The notes under the pieces are model-generated. The model made no database searches. It was not told where the DNA came from and saw nothing but the letters and a program-made list of their open reading frames with translations. A DNA stretch of 64,000 nt from Amoebidium appalachense. Its lineage: Eukaryota; Protista; Ichthyosporea. Shown in pieces: positions 33,098-46,989 of the stretch. Positions within the stretch are counted from its first letter, which is position 1; every line of letters begins with the position of its first letter. The position numbers were made by a program, and so were the translations under genes. The stretch covers positions 1,752,907 to 1,816,906 of the forward strand of contig CAVNZM010000001.1 of NCBI GenBank assembly GCA_963693365.1, read 5' to 3'.

Positions 33098-36034
33098 GGC
33101 CACTAAGAAAATGGAAGCCCACCGTCATAGCAATGGTCAACTGAAAGTTATGTTGACTCTAAGCTGGCTCTGAAGCCGGCCACAAATCGAAATCGATGGC
33201 AATTGTTTAACGGGAAAATAAGAGCGAACAGTAAGACGGTTAATTGCACCACAACAGCCAAATGTGTGCTCGAGATTGCTTCTAAACGCTGTGTGGGGCA
33301 TACAATAATCCACGTGAAGCCTTGGGTTTTAATTCATTATCATTACCCCCGATAATTACAAATGTAGGGGTAGAGCTTGGACTCGCAAAGTTGGCAAGAC
33401 AAAATTATAAAACAAAACTAGCGGGGTACAGAAAAACTCAACTGTATAAACTGAGATTGGGCCCTATATTAACCGATCACATATGTACTGTATTCGTGAA
33501 GTTTTTTAACAACTTACGGAAAAAGAAAATCAAGTTGTTTTTCAAGCTGTAAATTTTGCAAAAGGACTCTTGAATCTGAAAAACGGGTCGCCACAAAAAG
33601 TCGCTCGTTTCAATGCCAAGTCAAGACAGACTGAATAGCCACATCCTGAGGGAGCTGAAGTCATGAATCAGTGTCCTCCTAAACCTCCCTCCACACAATA
33701 AATTTAGTTTGAAAGTAGATAACCTGTTGATACACCGTGGACGACTTTGAAGCCTTGCGACCAACACCCACCAACTATCAATCGCTAAATGCATAAAAAA
33801 TCTAATCTAGTTCACCAACTCCATAAATATAGCCCGCGTACTGGTATCACCACCATAGGGTCTCGCATCACCCCTACCACGTGTCCACCACCGCACCCAC
33901 TATCTGGCCAGGAAGCCTTCAAATATGCTGAAGAATGGAAAGAGATAGCAGTGGCCTCGGTGCTCTCACAAAATTTAGTATCCGCCAATCAGATGCGTAG
34001 TACCTATCACGTTCCGTTCTCAGGAGACCACGCACTGCGGGCTGTAGCGCAACGCCCAGATGACTTTTTTCCCGTCCACACAGTGGAGCATTGGACCATG
34101 GCTTGTTCCTGAGAAAAAAGAGCGGTAAGGAAGGGGAGCCAGCTTCCCATAAGAGAAAAGGTTTTTTTTTTTCAGGACGTAAAACTTAGGGCAATAGAAA
34201 CGTTGTAATGCTCCTTTTGAAGTTTTACAATTAAAAACCATCGCAACAGTTTGTTGATCGCTCCATTTTAGTAGCCATATGCATGACGATTGGTTAGCTC
34301 ATCCTCACGTATAAAGTTCGTTATAGAGGTATGATCATGCGCCAATAGTAGGCAAACGCTGACAAGGAAAACGTACGATTGGTTTATGGACAAACTTTTG
34401 GTTGCCAGATTCCAATCATACAGCTTGCTTTTTGAAAAGTCTTTACCCTTCTGTCCCATTCGTCTGGGTTGATTTGATTGGATTGAGCGATCACAACTAT
34501 TTCTGTTGCTCTTCATTGGCAATCATTGCCAAATTGGCAGGGTGTGAATTTGTTTACGTTTACTTCGAGACTTAGCAGAATCGGACGGCCATAATAATAT
34601 AATGCCTTGAAAAGTAACTCAAAAGTCGAAAAATCTCTTATTTTTGTATAGCTGGTTATTTATTATAATGCAAATTGCTATTAGGGAGTAGCACACATCA
34701 GTATTATATTACTTTCTAAGCATTTTTTGGCGCACACGCACGATCGCTGCGCAGGGCCGGCATGCTCTGATCATGATCATTGATTCATGGCATGCCCTGC
34801 CGTATGTAAAAAGATTCCATGCGTCACACAGATGGCTTCATTCTTTTTTGTAATGGCTTTTCAAATACCAAGATCTTTCATATTGCCCATTATTTACAAC
34901 CTCTACCCTCCCCTCCCTCACCTTCCCGCGGCCTTCTACTCCGTGCAAGGTATGGGCCGGCGATGCGCACGTGTTGACGTGGATCTGGGAATTGGGACGG
35001 AAGCTGACGATTGGTCACCGTGGAAGCACATTCCTTTTTGCCACCCTCTCACATGTTCCTCTTTGGGATAATTTGTTATGGGCGGTTTTATTCTCTTTGC
35101 TACCTCCCTCCCTTCCTCAATATATCCGTTTTAATATGACTGTCCTAGATCACCTTATTAATGCTGCACAGTATGATATTGTGATACGGTGTCTTAACTT
35201 TCTTTCGGAGCTACCAATGCTAGCCTCTACTTACCCATAATATGTAATAGGGTTGTCATCTACTAAGATGGCGCTAGAAATGTTGCTTCGCATGTACATA
35301 TGTCTGGGGGTTTACGCTGTTTACTCGAGGCAAAGAGAACCAGTCTCAGGTATGGGGGGGGGGTTTTGCTCGGAATATCCCCTCAGCGGTATATCATGAT
35401 CACGTACATAGATGTCGGGTGGTGACTATATATCAGGGTTTACTTTCTCTACGAGACACCATAAAGACTACAAGGAGAAATCAATTAGTTGGGGTTCCCC
35501 GTTTTTTTTTGTTTTTTTTTTTTTTTTTTTTTTTTATTTTTTATTTTTTTTTTTTTTTATTTTTATATGTCTCTAGCTGCATTTGATTGGCTGCGCTGGA
35601 AAACGCAGTAGGCCGTCGAGGGAGGCTGTGCCCCCGATAGTGTTTGCGAAAGTCAATAAGTGTGTATACCCTTCGGGAAAACGCGAAGCTTTCGGGCGTG
35701 TCTTGTAAATCCGAATCATGCGGCTGGGCAGCTCCGCCGGCGGGTCGGGCATAACGGTTGCCATGGCGGGACACATCGACAAAAATCAAGGCCTCCGATA
35801 AACAGGCCATGCAAAAATCCGATATGGCTTTGTGAATTTGGTTTTTTTCCTGTCCGAGGCTGTGCTCTGTACATGTGCTTGCGTTCGTGTGTGTATGTGT
35901 CGTGTGTGCATGCGTGCGTGCGTGTTCAACACTGTGTTCTGCGTGTATGCGCCACGTGTGTGCTTGTGTGCCTTTTGTGTGTGTGTGTGCGTTTGGGTGT
36001 ATGTGTGTGCGTTAGGGTGTATGTGTGTGTGTGT

Positions 36035-36065
<31 letters not shown>

Positions 36066-36104
36066 CACGTGTGTATGTGTGTGTGCGTTTGGGTGTGTGT
36101 GCGT

Positions 36105-36208
<104 letters not shown>

Positions 36209-37405
36209 CGTGTGTAAGTGTGTGTGTGTCGTGTATTGGCTCAGGCTGACTAATCTTATATATATCGGCACCGTTTGTTCACGTGCGCACACCAGTCACT
36301 AAATTAAATTGTACACAAAGTCACAACGTTTTCATGCAGATAACCCATACATTTTTGGAATGGTGAAATCAAGCAATATTGCAGTGTTTACTTTGAGTGG
36401 CATAAATTAAATATAGCTCTTTAAACTGGAAATAGGCTACCTTTGGGGGCATCCATATTTGAGCAGGCTACTACGGTTCTTCTGTGTGCCGTATATGTGT
36501 GTGTGGTGAACGTACACGTGTGTGTGCTCTTTTTTTTTTTTTTTTTTGTGTCTGTGTGTGTGTGTGCGTGTGCGTGTGTGTATGTGTCGTGTGTGTTTGT
36601 TCTGACCAACATGTGGCAGGCTGCTTAGTAATTCTTTTATTTATGTTTAACCGGGCACCAAGTTGTTGTCGTGGACAGTCATTGTATTTGATTTGAAAAT
36701 CAGGACTGTTTATACAACAACTAACAAGTTCCATGCAGATAAAAATCCATAGCTTTTGGAATAGTGAACTAAAGCTTAATATATGTGGAATGATTCTATG
36801 CCGTTAATTTGTTACACTTTGGGGGCATGCATACTTGAGCAGGCTATGGAGAATTCTTGTATGTTACGATTACACGGTGTAGCGCATTTATGTATAATAC
36901 AAACACTATTTTATTGTATGTGACATCTCCTGGGCCAGTCGCCTTAGTGCTTTCACACGGCACAAAACGGGGACACTATTATTTATTAAATTGTCCACGC
37001 CCATGAATTAGCAGCGACTCACTCCGGGACCCAAAACATGTAATACATTGATTCATGCTCCCGAGTCTCAGTGTCTATCCTCCAGCGCCATTATTACATG
37101 CCATGCATGCATGCACGTGTACAGCCATTGGTCCGTGCTCCTTCACAATCACGAGCACCAACCACGTAATCATAGTATGAACAGTTGGTGTAGATTGAGA
37201 AGTGTGAGAGAGTGGATGGGGCCCGCAGCCAGGGGGGGGGGGGGGGGGGGGAGGGGGGGACAGTGGATCGTCACGTTTTATATATCTTCTCTCCTCTTCT
37301 CCTTTCTCTAAGCTACGGCGGTAAATCCAGATCCCAGCTATAGTGGTTGTGTTAAAATTGTGAAGATCACGTTGTAGTCAGAGGATATATGGGGGGAGAG
37401 AGCTG

Positions 37406-37445
<40 letters not shown>

Positions 37446-37788
37446 GGGAGGGAGGGAGAGACAGGACGACCTTAGAAAGAGAAGAGGAGAGGATACATAT
37501 TTGAGGAGCTACTGCAAAATCTCAAAATCTGGATGACATGTGTGCGAGTGGGTTATGTCGGAGTGAAAGCATACAAGATGAAACTTGCAAGTGCGAGGCT
37601 AGAGAGCAAGGTATATATCAGAGCACCAATCAGGCGACCAGATGGTGAAGCATGTTATTGTCGCATCTGAACCAACTCCGGCTATGCAAGCATGTGTACC
37701 GTGCAAACCTCTCCTCCCCCCGCCCTTCCAACCCCACTCCACCCCTAGAGATCCCCAAATTTTGTGCAAGCATCTGTGCCTTGCAAAC

Positions 37789-37824
<36 letters not shown>

Positions 37825-39046
37825 GTGCTATGCCCCCCAACCCCAACCCCCACTCCACCCATAGAGATTCCCAAATTTTTTCATCTACCCATCTAGAGTG
37901 TGATTATTATCCCCCCCCCCCCTCACAGGTTCTAAATTGTTGGGCGAACCTGTGTGGGGATAGGGGGATATGGGGATCTCGAGGGGAGGTTGGGTGGGTG
38001 TGGGGGGCAAGGGGGGGGGGGGGGGGGGGAGGGCTCGGCGAGGGGCAACAGGACACTAAAAAGGGATTCGCACAAAGCTTTAAGAGCCTTCGTTGACAGA
38101 AGAGGGGAATATTCACACTGCGAGTCATATATATGCTACATCCGCAGTGCCGCCGACCGATTGAATATCGCAATCTCAAAAAAGTTAGTATGGACCAATA
38201 ATCTACGTGAGATCACACCGATTAGCCAAAACGGAAATTTGGGTGGGAAGTTTTGGCGCGCAAAAAGAAAAAGTTTTGCAGTGAAGGCTGCTATTTTTCC
38301 ACGGTCTTCAATGCCTTCCGGGAAACATCAATAGATTCCTCCCCCCCCCCCCCCCCCTCCCCCCCAGTTCCTAGATATGAGAAGCCTTGTAACGAGAGTG
38401 GCGGCTTCATAAAAGGGGGGGGGGTCCATGTGGCGTGGCCAAAATGGCATCTTTGAAGAACGTAAATGGCTGCACCTTTTGATCCCTCACAATGACAAAA
38501 TTTCAGCTGAGGGGTTTCTAGCCACTTTCACGTGTGTGTCTTCCTGCTGTTAGATACTTTAACAAAGCAGCACCCCAAACCCAGTTATCTTTCTGTTTGT
38601 AGGCTACGGTGAGCAAGTATACCCGCCAGGATTGAAATCTACCTTTTCCTACTTAGTAACAACTTTTCAACACCGTACCGGAGACAGTGGACAACATCAA
38701 TCACAAACCTACAACTGACCCCATATGCGACCTTTATTATATGGGAGGCCAGTGTTTGCCTGTGTATGCTTCTGTTTGTAACAGTTGCTGGAAGTCCGAT
38801 GATATTGATTTTACCACATGCACGTGCATTTCGTCGATTTTGCCCAGTGGAAGTTTGTTATGCGTCATACGCGTAGTTGTTTGCATAGATGTGTGTGACT
38901 AGGGTGTATGCCGGCTGTGCCTCCATGTATCCATAGTATCTATGCCGTGTACATGTGTGTGTGTGTGTGTGTGTGTGTAGGGTGTATCCCGGCTGTGTCT
39001 CCATGTATCCATAGTATCTATGTGTACATGTGTGTACATGTGTGTG

Positions 39047-39083
<37 letters not shown>

Positions 39084-40143
39084 GGCACATCATGTGTTGC
39101 ATTGTGACTTATGTTTAGCAGATTCGTCGGTTGCTCTAATAAATACTTTGCCCCAGTGATCGATCGCAAATACAAAAAGCTACTACGGTCAAAGAAATAG
39201 GTCTTACATATGTTATCTCACCCTGTAAGTTATTAGCGTACAGGAAGGGAGGAGGGGGGAGGGGGGGAAAAGGTAAATGTACGATTACCTTCACAATGGA
39301 ACATAATTTATAATCATAGTCAACATAGTTAAAAATACAAACACATACATGGCATACAAACCCAGTGTTTTCATCCCCTCACAGTGCCTTCATTACCTCT
39401 GCCACCACATTTCGATAGTACTCATGGTTTCCCGAAATGCGCTTGAACCTCACGCCGTGCATAGACAGCTGTGCAACCCGGCACACCTCCATCTCCCACG
39501 TACAGTCCTTGTGGCTACACAGCAGCAGGAATTGCTCTGTGCGTGTGTGTGGAATGAACATGGTCGTGAGCTGTTTCTCCAACCGCATAAGGATTTCTTC
39601 GGCTGGGAGTGTCGATGTGGTGCTGACACTGAATGCAAAGCGCAGGGAGCGGGGTTTCTTTAGCGAGGCAGCGGCGGAGGCGGGGCCGGGTGGATGGGTG
39701 GTGGATGTTTGGGTGAAGGTATTGGTTGCAGGAATGGGGGTTGGGGAGGTCGAGGAAGTTGTGGCTCCGATGGCGGTGGTGCGGATATCGTGGTCGGGCT
39801 TGAGGGCTGACTTGTGGTCGGGTGCTGGAATAACTGTGTGTAGCAGGCATTGGCACGTGTGTTAGACTATTGTTCGTCTATGCTAATTAGCAGTCAACTG
39901 TGATTATGGCCAATTGAAAACAAGCATTCCCGATATTAAAAAGCAATTTTGAGTTTTTATCATGGGGCAAAAGTTGGTGTGGGATGCTGGTAACTGTGGG
40001 TTCGTGTGCTTTGGAAGCAGTGGCGATGCTGAAAATGAGTTGTTTGCTGTAATTCTTAGCCTTTTTTTCGGATTGAAGGGGTAACCGTCAATTGTCCATG
40101 AGAGAGCTCAAAATAGCTCGTCCCCCCCTTTCTCCTCCCTTCC

Positions 40144-40174
<31 letters not shown>

Positions 40175-41171
40175 ACTCTCCACCATCGCATCCCTGCCTT
40201 ACCCCACAACCATTTTAATCTTCCATTACCCCCCCCCCCCCCCCCCCCCCCTCCCCCCCCCCACCACCACCCCCTGAAAAAAAAATGAAAAAAAAAAAAA
40301 AAAGAAAAAGAAAAGAAAGAAAGAAAGAAGGAGAGAAAAAAAATGAAAGAACGAACTGCCATGCACCCACACACCCTCCACCCTCCCCCCACCGATGTAA
40401 CCGCGAGGAACAAAACACCTGCCGCACTAACCTCCTGGGACAACACGGGAGAGCAGACTCAGACCACGCTGGCGCCGGGGGGGTGATGTTGGGCTAGAAA
40501 CCTCAACCGGTGTGGGTGCAGGCGTGGGGGCAGGGGCTGGGCTTTGAACTGCGGAATAAACACGCAAGTTTTAGTGATTCCACAGTTTCCCCCTTAGTGG
40601 TTTCGTGTGTGTAAGGTATTTTCTCTGCCCAGCTTTGTGAAAAGGTGGTGGTGGGTGGGTGGGGGGAGAGGGGCAGGAGGGGGGAAGGAGGAGGGGGGGG
40701 GGGGGGGGGGGGGGAGGGGGGGGGGGGGGCTGGCACCGCGACAGACTGGTTTAAGTGCAACCGGGCGCACACGTGACCTGCACAAGCAGGCTGCTACACA
40801 CACTGATGGCCAAGAAAAGAATACGGAGAGAAAGGCGATATCGAAAACCTGACCTTAGATAGTTGTAAGTGTTCACTAAGTGGGGGCGTTGATGGTGATC
40901 TGGTTGCTTTGATTCTTGTGTGCAGAGGGTTGAGGGTTTTTGTGAATTTGCAGGGAAAAGGGACGGCAGCAGCGCCAGGAAAACTGAGGGGGGAGGGGGG
41001 GGGGGGGGGGAGGGGGGGGGGTAGGTGGGTGGGTGGGTGGGGGGGGGGGGGGGGGGGAGCTGGAATCGGAGATGAGACATGGCTAAGTTGGAGAGGGATT
41101 AGAGAAGATGGCTTTACCTTCCTCAGGCACGCGCCCAGCATCAGGAATGATTGATGTGCGGTGGCGGGGAG

Positions 41172-42106
41172 TGTTATAATACGTAGTATTTACATATTGT
41201 AAGATCTTCTCAGTTCGTGTTATGTTTTCATTCATTTACTTAATGAAAAAGATGTGCTCCTTGTACGTAAATTATGACATCGATCTCCAGTGTATTTGAG
41301 TACTTGTAATCGTGTTGTGTCGGCTATATTCGTGTGTTTAGATATCGATTACAGCAACTGATTATAGGTACACGAGTCTACCCAGTGAGGGAGACACGTG
41401 TACATGTTATGTGTACATGAATATCTTCGGTTATAACTGTGTTTTGCTGTTCGTGTTTTCTGTCCTGCTTTCTTTTCTTTTTCCTCTTTCTTCGTCTTTT
41501 CTTTTCTCTTTCTTTCTTCTCTTGTTTCCTTTCATTTAATTATATTTCTCTCTCACTAATATACGTTGAGTAGATTTATATTACTCGTTATGTTTTGATT
41601 GGTAGAAAAACACTTAGGTTACACTTTAGCTTGTCAGGTATGATTCATAGCTTAGTCAACCACTTTTGTTTTGTGTGTTGCCGTACTATATCCAATCAGT
41701 GGACTTAGTCAGAAAATGTCTGAGTCTTTGTAGCCGATGATAGGTTAGAAACACCACCTCTTTCCTCGTTACTCTTCACCTCTTTTCTTTCTTATAGCTG
41801 TGACCTATGGTGTGTGTTCCCGCGTCTCCGGATCTATCCGGGAAATAATCAGTTAATTATGATTGGTTATTTTAGACATAGATCTGATTTCCGACTGGTC
41901 GGAAATCATGTATGGATTTAACTTAAGGGAATTTCAGGTATTTATTAGCGATCAAAATAAATTGAGTTCAGTCGTGTCTAAACATTGATGTCTGTTGTGT
42001 ACACTGCTCCGATCGTTCCGTGTTTTGTTGTTGTGTGTGTCTGTGGTGTTTTCACACTGCACCACTGTGTCTCTGCTTACATCCTAAATACTTATAGAAT
42101 TTAACA
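41172..42106 (+). repeat. 5' LTR (type A, 935 bp)
   Basis: tgttataat...ttaaca. I spotted only one difference from 46990-47924 (41426 t versus 47244 g). Confidence 0.95.
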
Positions 42107-42120
42107 GGTTATGCAGCCCT
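42107..42120 (+). promoter_or_regulatory. Primer-binding site, half-tRNA-iMet (copia/Ty5 Hemivirus) type
   Basis: GGTTATGCAGCCCT directly abuts the LTR CA and resembles Ty5 GGTTATGAGCCCT and copia GGTTATGGGCCC. Repeated at 47925 and 62207. Confidence 0.7.
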
Positions 42121-42168
42121 TTTGCACGCTCCCTACACACATCTAGAACTCGCGCTCGTTTTTCAATC

Positions 42169-45100
42169 ATGGATCCAAACAAAACTGGCGTAAACAAAAT
42201 CACCATGTGGAAAGGTGAAGGGAAGACTGGTCCCGATAGCAAAACTACCTATTTTCAATGGGAAATCATTTTTCTCGGCATGATGACCGGCACTAAAGGT
42301 GTCCGACTCGTGGATGTTGTCCTTGCTGACAACTACGTCCCCCCTACCACCGTCGCGGTTGACGGTGAACCCCCCTTCTATGGCTACGGCACTACCGCGG
42401 AACTCAAAGAGGCCCGCAATTGCCTCCTGCTCCATATGATACAGAACATCGACCCTTCCGTCCTCACCACCGTTGCCCAGTACCGTATTGGCATGGACCC
42501 TGAACGGGCCATGTGGAAATTCCGTCAACACTATCTCCAAGGCAAACCCGATCAGATCCGCATCCTTCACCGTCAGTGGGATGCCTGTGCCCTTCAGCCC
42601 GGTGAATCATTCACCACCTACCTGAGCCGTCTGCAGACCATCGTGAACCAGCTCCAGTCTCTCCAAGATGAGTCCATTCACTTCACTCGTCTAGCTGAGA
42701 AGTTCTTCAATGAACTCACCACCAGAGACGACCTCACCCCTGAGTTCAATCGTCTTATCGAAGACTATCACTTCGGTGATAAGCTATTCCCCGACTTCGA
42801 GTCCCTCCATAACCACGTCAAGGGCATCGAGTTACGTCAAGACCTCAAGATGCAACTCCGGAACAACCGTGCCCACCGTGCCTCCAAGTCCAGCATGGCA
42901 TTAAATGCCAGTGCTCCCCCCCCGTGATCTTCCTCGCCGTGACTTACGCACCCGACTTGACCGTACCTCTGGCACGGACCTCCGAACTCGTCTCTCCCGT
43001 CAGCACACCCGATCCCGTTCCCCCCACCGGCCTGCCTTCCGGTCCACGTCTCGTTCCCCCAGTCGTTCCCGTTTCTCGGGTTCCCGTCGTTCTGATTCCC
43101 CGGCTCGTTCTAACACCCCGTCCGTGAAAGAATGCTCCTACTGCCACGAGCCTGATCACACGATCATCGATTGCCCTGAGCCGAAATGCCGTATGTCCAG
43201 ACACAACCGTTCCCGTCAAGGCAGTGAGAAATCTGTCTCCTTTGCTTTCTCGGCATACAATGCTAGCTCCGTCCCCGTGTCCTCCGACCCTGCCTGGGAT
43301 TCCGGGTGCAACATGACTGTTTGCCCCACCCGTGAGTTCTTCCATGACCTCACTCCCCTTCCGACACCGACTCCCGTTGCTGCCTTCAATGGCACCCCCG
43401 TCTTGGCCACTCACACCGGCCATATCGTCATCAACACCACCACCGACCATGGCACTACCACCCTAACCATTGAAGCCTACTACACCCCGTCTGGCCAAGC
43501 CTTCCTCATTTCAACATCCCAAGCTGCTGCCGAATACATCAAGGGTGATTTGAACGATGCCTCCACTCCGTCATTCCTCTTCGACCGACTCACCGGCCGT
43601 CATCTCGTCAACCTCCGTCTACACAACGGTCTGTATTACTTCAAGGACTACACCATTCAACCACCCACTCGTCCTGTGGCTCTGGCTGCCACTACCAGTG
43701 TTAACCCATCCATCTGGCACCATCGTCTGGGGCACCGAGCTATGACCAGCATCAAGGACATGGTGAAACACGACCTTGTTATTGGTCTCCCCTCCTCTGT
43801 CCTCGACTGTGATGTTCCTGATTGTCATGGCTGCATTATGGGTAAGACCACCAAGGCTCCGTTCAGGGGTGACCGTCCTCACTCCAACATCCCCGGTCAT
43901 GAATGGCATTGGGATTTTTTTGAGCCTACCACAACATCGTACGGAGGTTCCAAGGTTGCTCTCGTCACTGTCTGCCGTGCCTCTGGCCTCGTCAAGATCT
44001 ACCCGATGGCCGACCGTACCACCACCCTGGATATTCTCACAGCTCACACCAACCTCGTTGCCACCCATGCCCCCTCCAAAGTTGGTGTTTACCACTTCGA
44101 CTCCGGCTCTGAGTTCACCTCCAAGGATACCCGTGCTTTTTGCCTCTCCCAGGGCATCAAGGCCAGCTATGCTCCGGTGGACTGCCCTCAACTGAACGGC
44201 TATGTTGAACGACGTATGCGGTTCCTCCAAGAGATTGTCCGTTGCCTCCTCCATCAAGTCCAAGATCAGTCTCTGTCTCCCAAACTGTGGGCTGAGGCCC
44301 TCCAACATGCCGCCTACATCATCAACGTCACCCCGTCCACGACTGCCAATGGTCGTACACCATTCGAGGTTTTCTACGGTGTCAAGCCCGACATCTCCGA
44401 GCTCAAAGTGTTCGGTTGCCCTGCCTACACTCACGTGCCAGCCTCTAAACGGAACAAGCTGGCCCCCACCGTCAAACTCGGCATGTATATCGGCTATGAT
44501 CTTCAATCACACTGCCACCGGATCTTCAATGCCACCACCCATCGTGTCGGCCTCTTCCGTGATGTGATTTTCGACGAATCAGCTTATCTCCCGTCCGACA
44601 TTCCATCAACCCTTCCGACCCCCGACACCACTGCTACCTCGACCACCCCACCCCCCACAGTTGACACTGAAGATGATGTTTGTCTGGTGTACTCTGGCCC
44701 CCCTCCTGCCATCGTCGTTCCCCCGACACCCCCCCCACCGGCCCCCCTGCCCCCGTGCCCGTCCAGCCTGCCGACCCTCATCCTGCCCCTGGCAACGTCA
44801 CACCCATCCGACCCGGCTCCCCCGACAACTTCCACTCGGCCCCATCCAGCCCGGAGGTTGCCCCCCCTGCACTTCCGAACTTCCAAGTTCCCCCCCCCAC
44901 CGTCTCCACCTACCCCGGTTCCTGCACCCCGTCGTTCTGCCCGTCTCCAGGGCAAGGTTGGACTTCAAGCCACCACCACCCTGCCAGTCCCCCCCGGTCC
45001 CCCCATCAACATCGACCAACTACCCAAACTTGTCCGTCAACTCTGTTCCGGACCCAATGGTGATCAGGTCAAGTCAGCCCTGACTGCTGAGTATCAAGCC

Positions 45101-46575
45101 TTCGTCGACAAAGACATCTTTGAACTTCTTGACCCTCCCCCTGGTGCTAACATCGTCGGCTTCAAGTGGATTGTCTCCGAGAAAACTCTCAACTCGGCTG
45201 GTGACACCAAGATCAAGGCACGTGGTGTTGCTCAAGGCTTCAGTCAGCAATACGGTGTTGACTATGAGTTGATTGAGAGCCCTGTCATCCGTCCGGCTGC
45301 TCTCCGTGCCATCCTAGCTCTGGCCGTTGTTGAAGGTCATGACATACATCAACTCGACGTGTCTACGGCCTTTCTCAACAGCCCACTCACCGAGACCATC
45401 TACATGAAACAACCCCCGGGATTCATCACCATGGCCACACTTGGCAAGGTCTGGAGACTCAAGAAAGCCCTGTACGGCCTCAAGCAAGCCTCCAAGGCTT
45501 GGTACGACTTCCTCGACGGCATTCTTCTTGCCCATGGCCTGACCCGTACTAAGACCGACCCGTGCATCTACCTCCGGTTCTTCCCCAACAACGATGTGGT
45601 ACGGGCTGGTAACTACGTCGATGACTCCACCATCACCAACACCCGGGGTTCTACTGCTGCCAGTGACCTGGCTGCCCACATCAGCAAGATGGCCAGCTGT
45701 CGTATGAGTCCATTTGACCGTATGCTCGGTGTTGATTTTAATCACTCTGATCCCCATCACCTCCACATGCACCAGAGGTCTTACATCATGGATATCATCC
45801 ACGACTTCAACCTCACCGATGCCAAGTCCAAGTCTACCCCCATCCCTGCAGGCACCACCGTCTCCCTGGCTGATTGCCCCCCCAACCGTTCACCGTGCCC
45901 TACCGTGAGTTACTCGGCCGTCTCCTCTGGGTGGCACGGTGCACACGTCCCGACATTGCCTATGCCATCGGCTTCCTTGGTCGGTTCAGCACCAACCCCG
46001 GCAAGACTCACTGGGACCTTCTCCGTCGTGTGGCCCGGTACCTGCTCGGCACCATTGACCTTGGCATTGACTACAAGTACTCGGCCACCCAGTCCCCCAT
46101 ACTCGAATGCTACACGGATGCTGACTTTGCTGGTTGTGCCGACAGCAAGAAGTCTACCACCGGCTACATTATCGTGTTTGCTGGTATGCCCGTCATCTGG
46201 TACTCCAAGCTCCAGCCCATCACGGCCACCAGCACCACTGAAGCTGAGCTGATTGCTCTCAATGCTGGCACCCAAGAAGTTGCTTGGGTCCGTGACCTCT
46301 TCAAGGAACTCGGCTGTCCCATGCTTGCTCCGACTCCGGTGTACTGTGACAACCAGTCGACCATTGCCATCGTCAACTCCACCGGCATCAAGCACCGTAC
46401 CAAACACATTGCCGTCCGGTATCACAACACCAAGGACTACATTGCCAGTGGGGACGTGGTTGTCCACTACGTTGAGTCAGCCCACAACTTAGCTGACATA
46501 CTCACCAAACCCCTCCCCGGCCCGAGTCATGTCCACCATCGTGCTCGACTTTGTTTACCGGATATTGTGGATTGA
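42169..46575 (+). CDS. Copia Gag-Pol polyprotein (~1468 aa once two poly-C length errors are corrected)
   Basis: Zn knuckle CSYCHEPDHTIIDC, protease WDSGC, IWHHRLGH...CHGC, integrase WD/FDSGSEF/NGYVER, RT LDVSTAFLN and YVDD, RNase H DADFAG/TEAE/CDNQS/ADILTK. Frame breaks occur only at C runs 42916-42923 and 45877-45883. Confidence 0.93.
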
Positions 46576-46989
46576 CCCGACCTACTTCAAGAGTGATTTT
46601 CTCATGTGTACTACTTACTTTATCAACATCATTATATCATATGTATTGCCTTTGTGGGTATGCCCACTTAGGGTTTATATATAAGGTTTGACCCGTACCA
46701 TCACTCTACTCTATCTTTCACTGGTTTAAAACCCAGTTAATCAAACACCGCCTATACACGTTATATATATTCGTTGTTTTTGCCCCGGTTCCTTCCCCCC
46801 CCCCCCCCCCCCCCTTCCCCCCCTTCCCCCCCCCCTTCCCCCCCCCCTCCCCCCCCCTTCTCCCCCCCCCCCCCCCCCCCGGGAAAAGTACACACTTTCA
46901 TTTTTTTTTCCGTTTCTGTTCTCAAGTGGGGAGATTTCACTAGTTCAGTGGGGATATGATAACACAAACTTCAAAGTCTTAAGTTGGGA

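Noticed and set aside
42916-42923. Programmed gag-pol frameshift
   Set aside because: The copy at 63016-63022 has 7 C and reads through in frame. The 8-C run is a homopolymer indel or sequencing error, and copia elements normally have a single ORF.
45877-45883. Frameshift between RT and RNase H
   Set aside because: One copy has 7 C and the other 9, while 8 restores the frame. This pattern fits homopolymer error.
43619-46467. Antisense ORFs over the copia pol (43619-44506, 45314-45802, 45910-46467)
   Set aside because: They are shadow ORFs caused by C-rich third-position codon bias and have no recognisable motifs.
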